Positions 63,523-64,000 of a stretch of 64,000 nt of DNA are shown piece by piece (the stretch's first letter is position 1; the number at the start of each line of letters is the position of its first letter). Both the position numbers and the translations under genes were made by a program. The notes under the pieces are model-generated. The model saw only the letters and a list, made by a program, of their open reading frames with translations. It made no database searches and was not told the DNA's origin. Source of the DNA: Gammaproteobacteria bacterium (GTDB lineage Bacteria; Pseudomonadota; Gammaproteobacteria; SZUA-152); the NCBI GenBank assembly GCA_011321815.1, contig DROS01000019.1:4118-68117 (forward strand). The letters run 5' to 3'.

Positions 63523-63609
63523 AAGCGGCTCCTAAAATGATGAGTGTTATCGGGGTGGCAGAATGAACCCGGGGTATTTGGGGCCGGGTCATAATGTGAA
63601 AAAACGTTG

Positions 63610-64000
63610 TCAGATCAGTGTCCATACGGTGTCGAATTCATCATCTGTTTCAGCATTGATTGATGGTTTTGTCGTTTCCTGGACATTTTCGAGTACGGTA
63701 AATTCAAACTGAGAGAATACACCAGTGGATTCCAGTTGTTTAGTAAGTTTAATGAGTGTGCGACGCCCATGGACGTTGGCAATCAATTGGTCATCGGTTT
63801 GGTGCCAGGCATGTGTAATCAATGTGGCCGGCTGGTCAATACCTGATAAGCGGGGTAATACCAGGCTGCGTTGGTATTTTTCCACGGCGTTATTTTTGGC
63901 AATACTGGATAGTGCGACGGCGTCGGCACAGGGGGCCAGTTTCTGAATACCAAGCTCAAGCCCGTTTTTCCAGTTTTTTATGCGGCGGATAATACCAATA
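63610..64000 (-). CDS. 3' part of a gene that runs off the window edge. The product is a hypothetical protein, and the N-terminus lies outside the window.
   Basis: The reading frame is open from 64000 down to the stop at 63610. Confidence 0.35.
   Translation of the reverse strand, partial: IGIIRRIKNWKNGLELGIQKLAPCADAVALSSIAKNNAVEKYQRSLVLPRLSGIDQPATLITHAWHQTDDQLIANVHGRRTLIKLTKQLESTGVFSQFEFTVLENVQETTKPSINAETDDEFDTVWTLI

Overview
This 64-kb window looks like a gammaproteobacterial chromosome segment, judged by gene content and a Pseudomonas-like gene order. A conserved housekeeping backbone runs through most of it: lysR-leuC-leuD-leuB-asd-usg-fimV-truA-trpF-trpB-trpA-accD-[insertion]-folC-dedD-cvpA-purF-metZ, then dxs-ispA-xseB and parE-[RAYT]-parC. 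Several accessory blocks interrupt this backbone. The most striking lies at the 5' end (107..6170): two enormous secreted multihaem c-type cytochromes followed by a ~700-aa outer-membrane beta-barrel protein. The first cytochrome has 21 CXXCH motifs in c7-like triads. The second has about 29 CXXCH in tandem 46-residue di-haem modules encoded by near-identical 138-bp DNA repeats. Together they resemble a porin-cytochrome extracellular electron-transfer conduit of unusual composition. I treat this as the candidate for the undescribed system. Other accessory features are: a family of ~95-bp palindromic elements in every spacer of the leu operon whose arms covary; an intact REP-associated tyrosine transposase with its flanking inverted REP pair between parE and parC; an AT-rich insertion between accD and folC carrying a tandem-AAA+ ATPase; a zinc-ribbon/adenylate-cyclase/STAND-ATPase/TPR protein; a b561/DUF1924/dihaem-cytochrome/PepSY/two-component module; and several c-di-GMP signalling genes. 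I found no rRNA, tRNA or CRISPR array.
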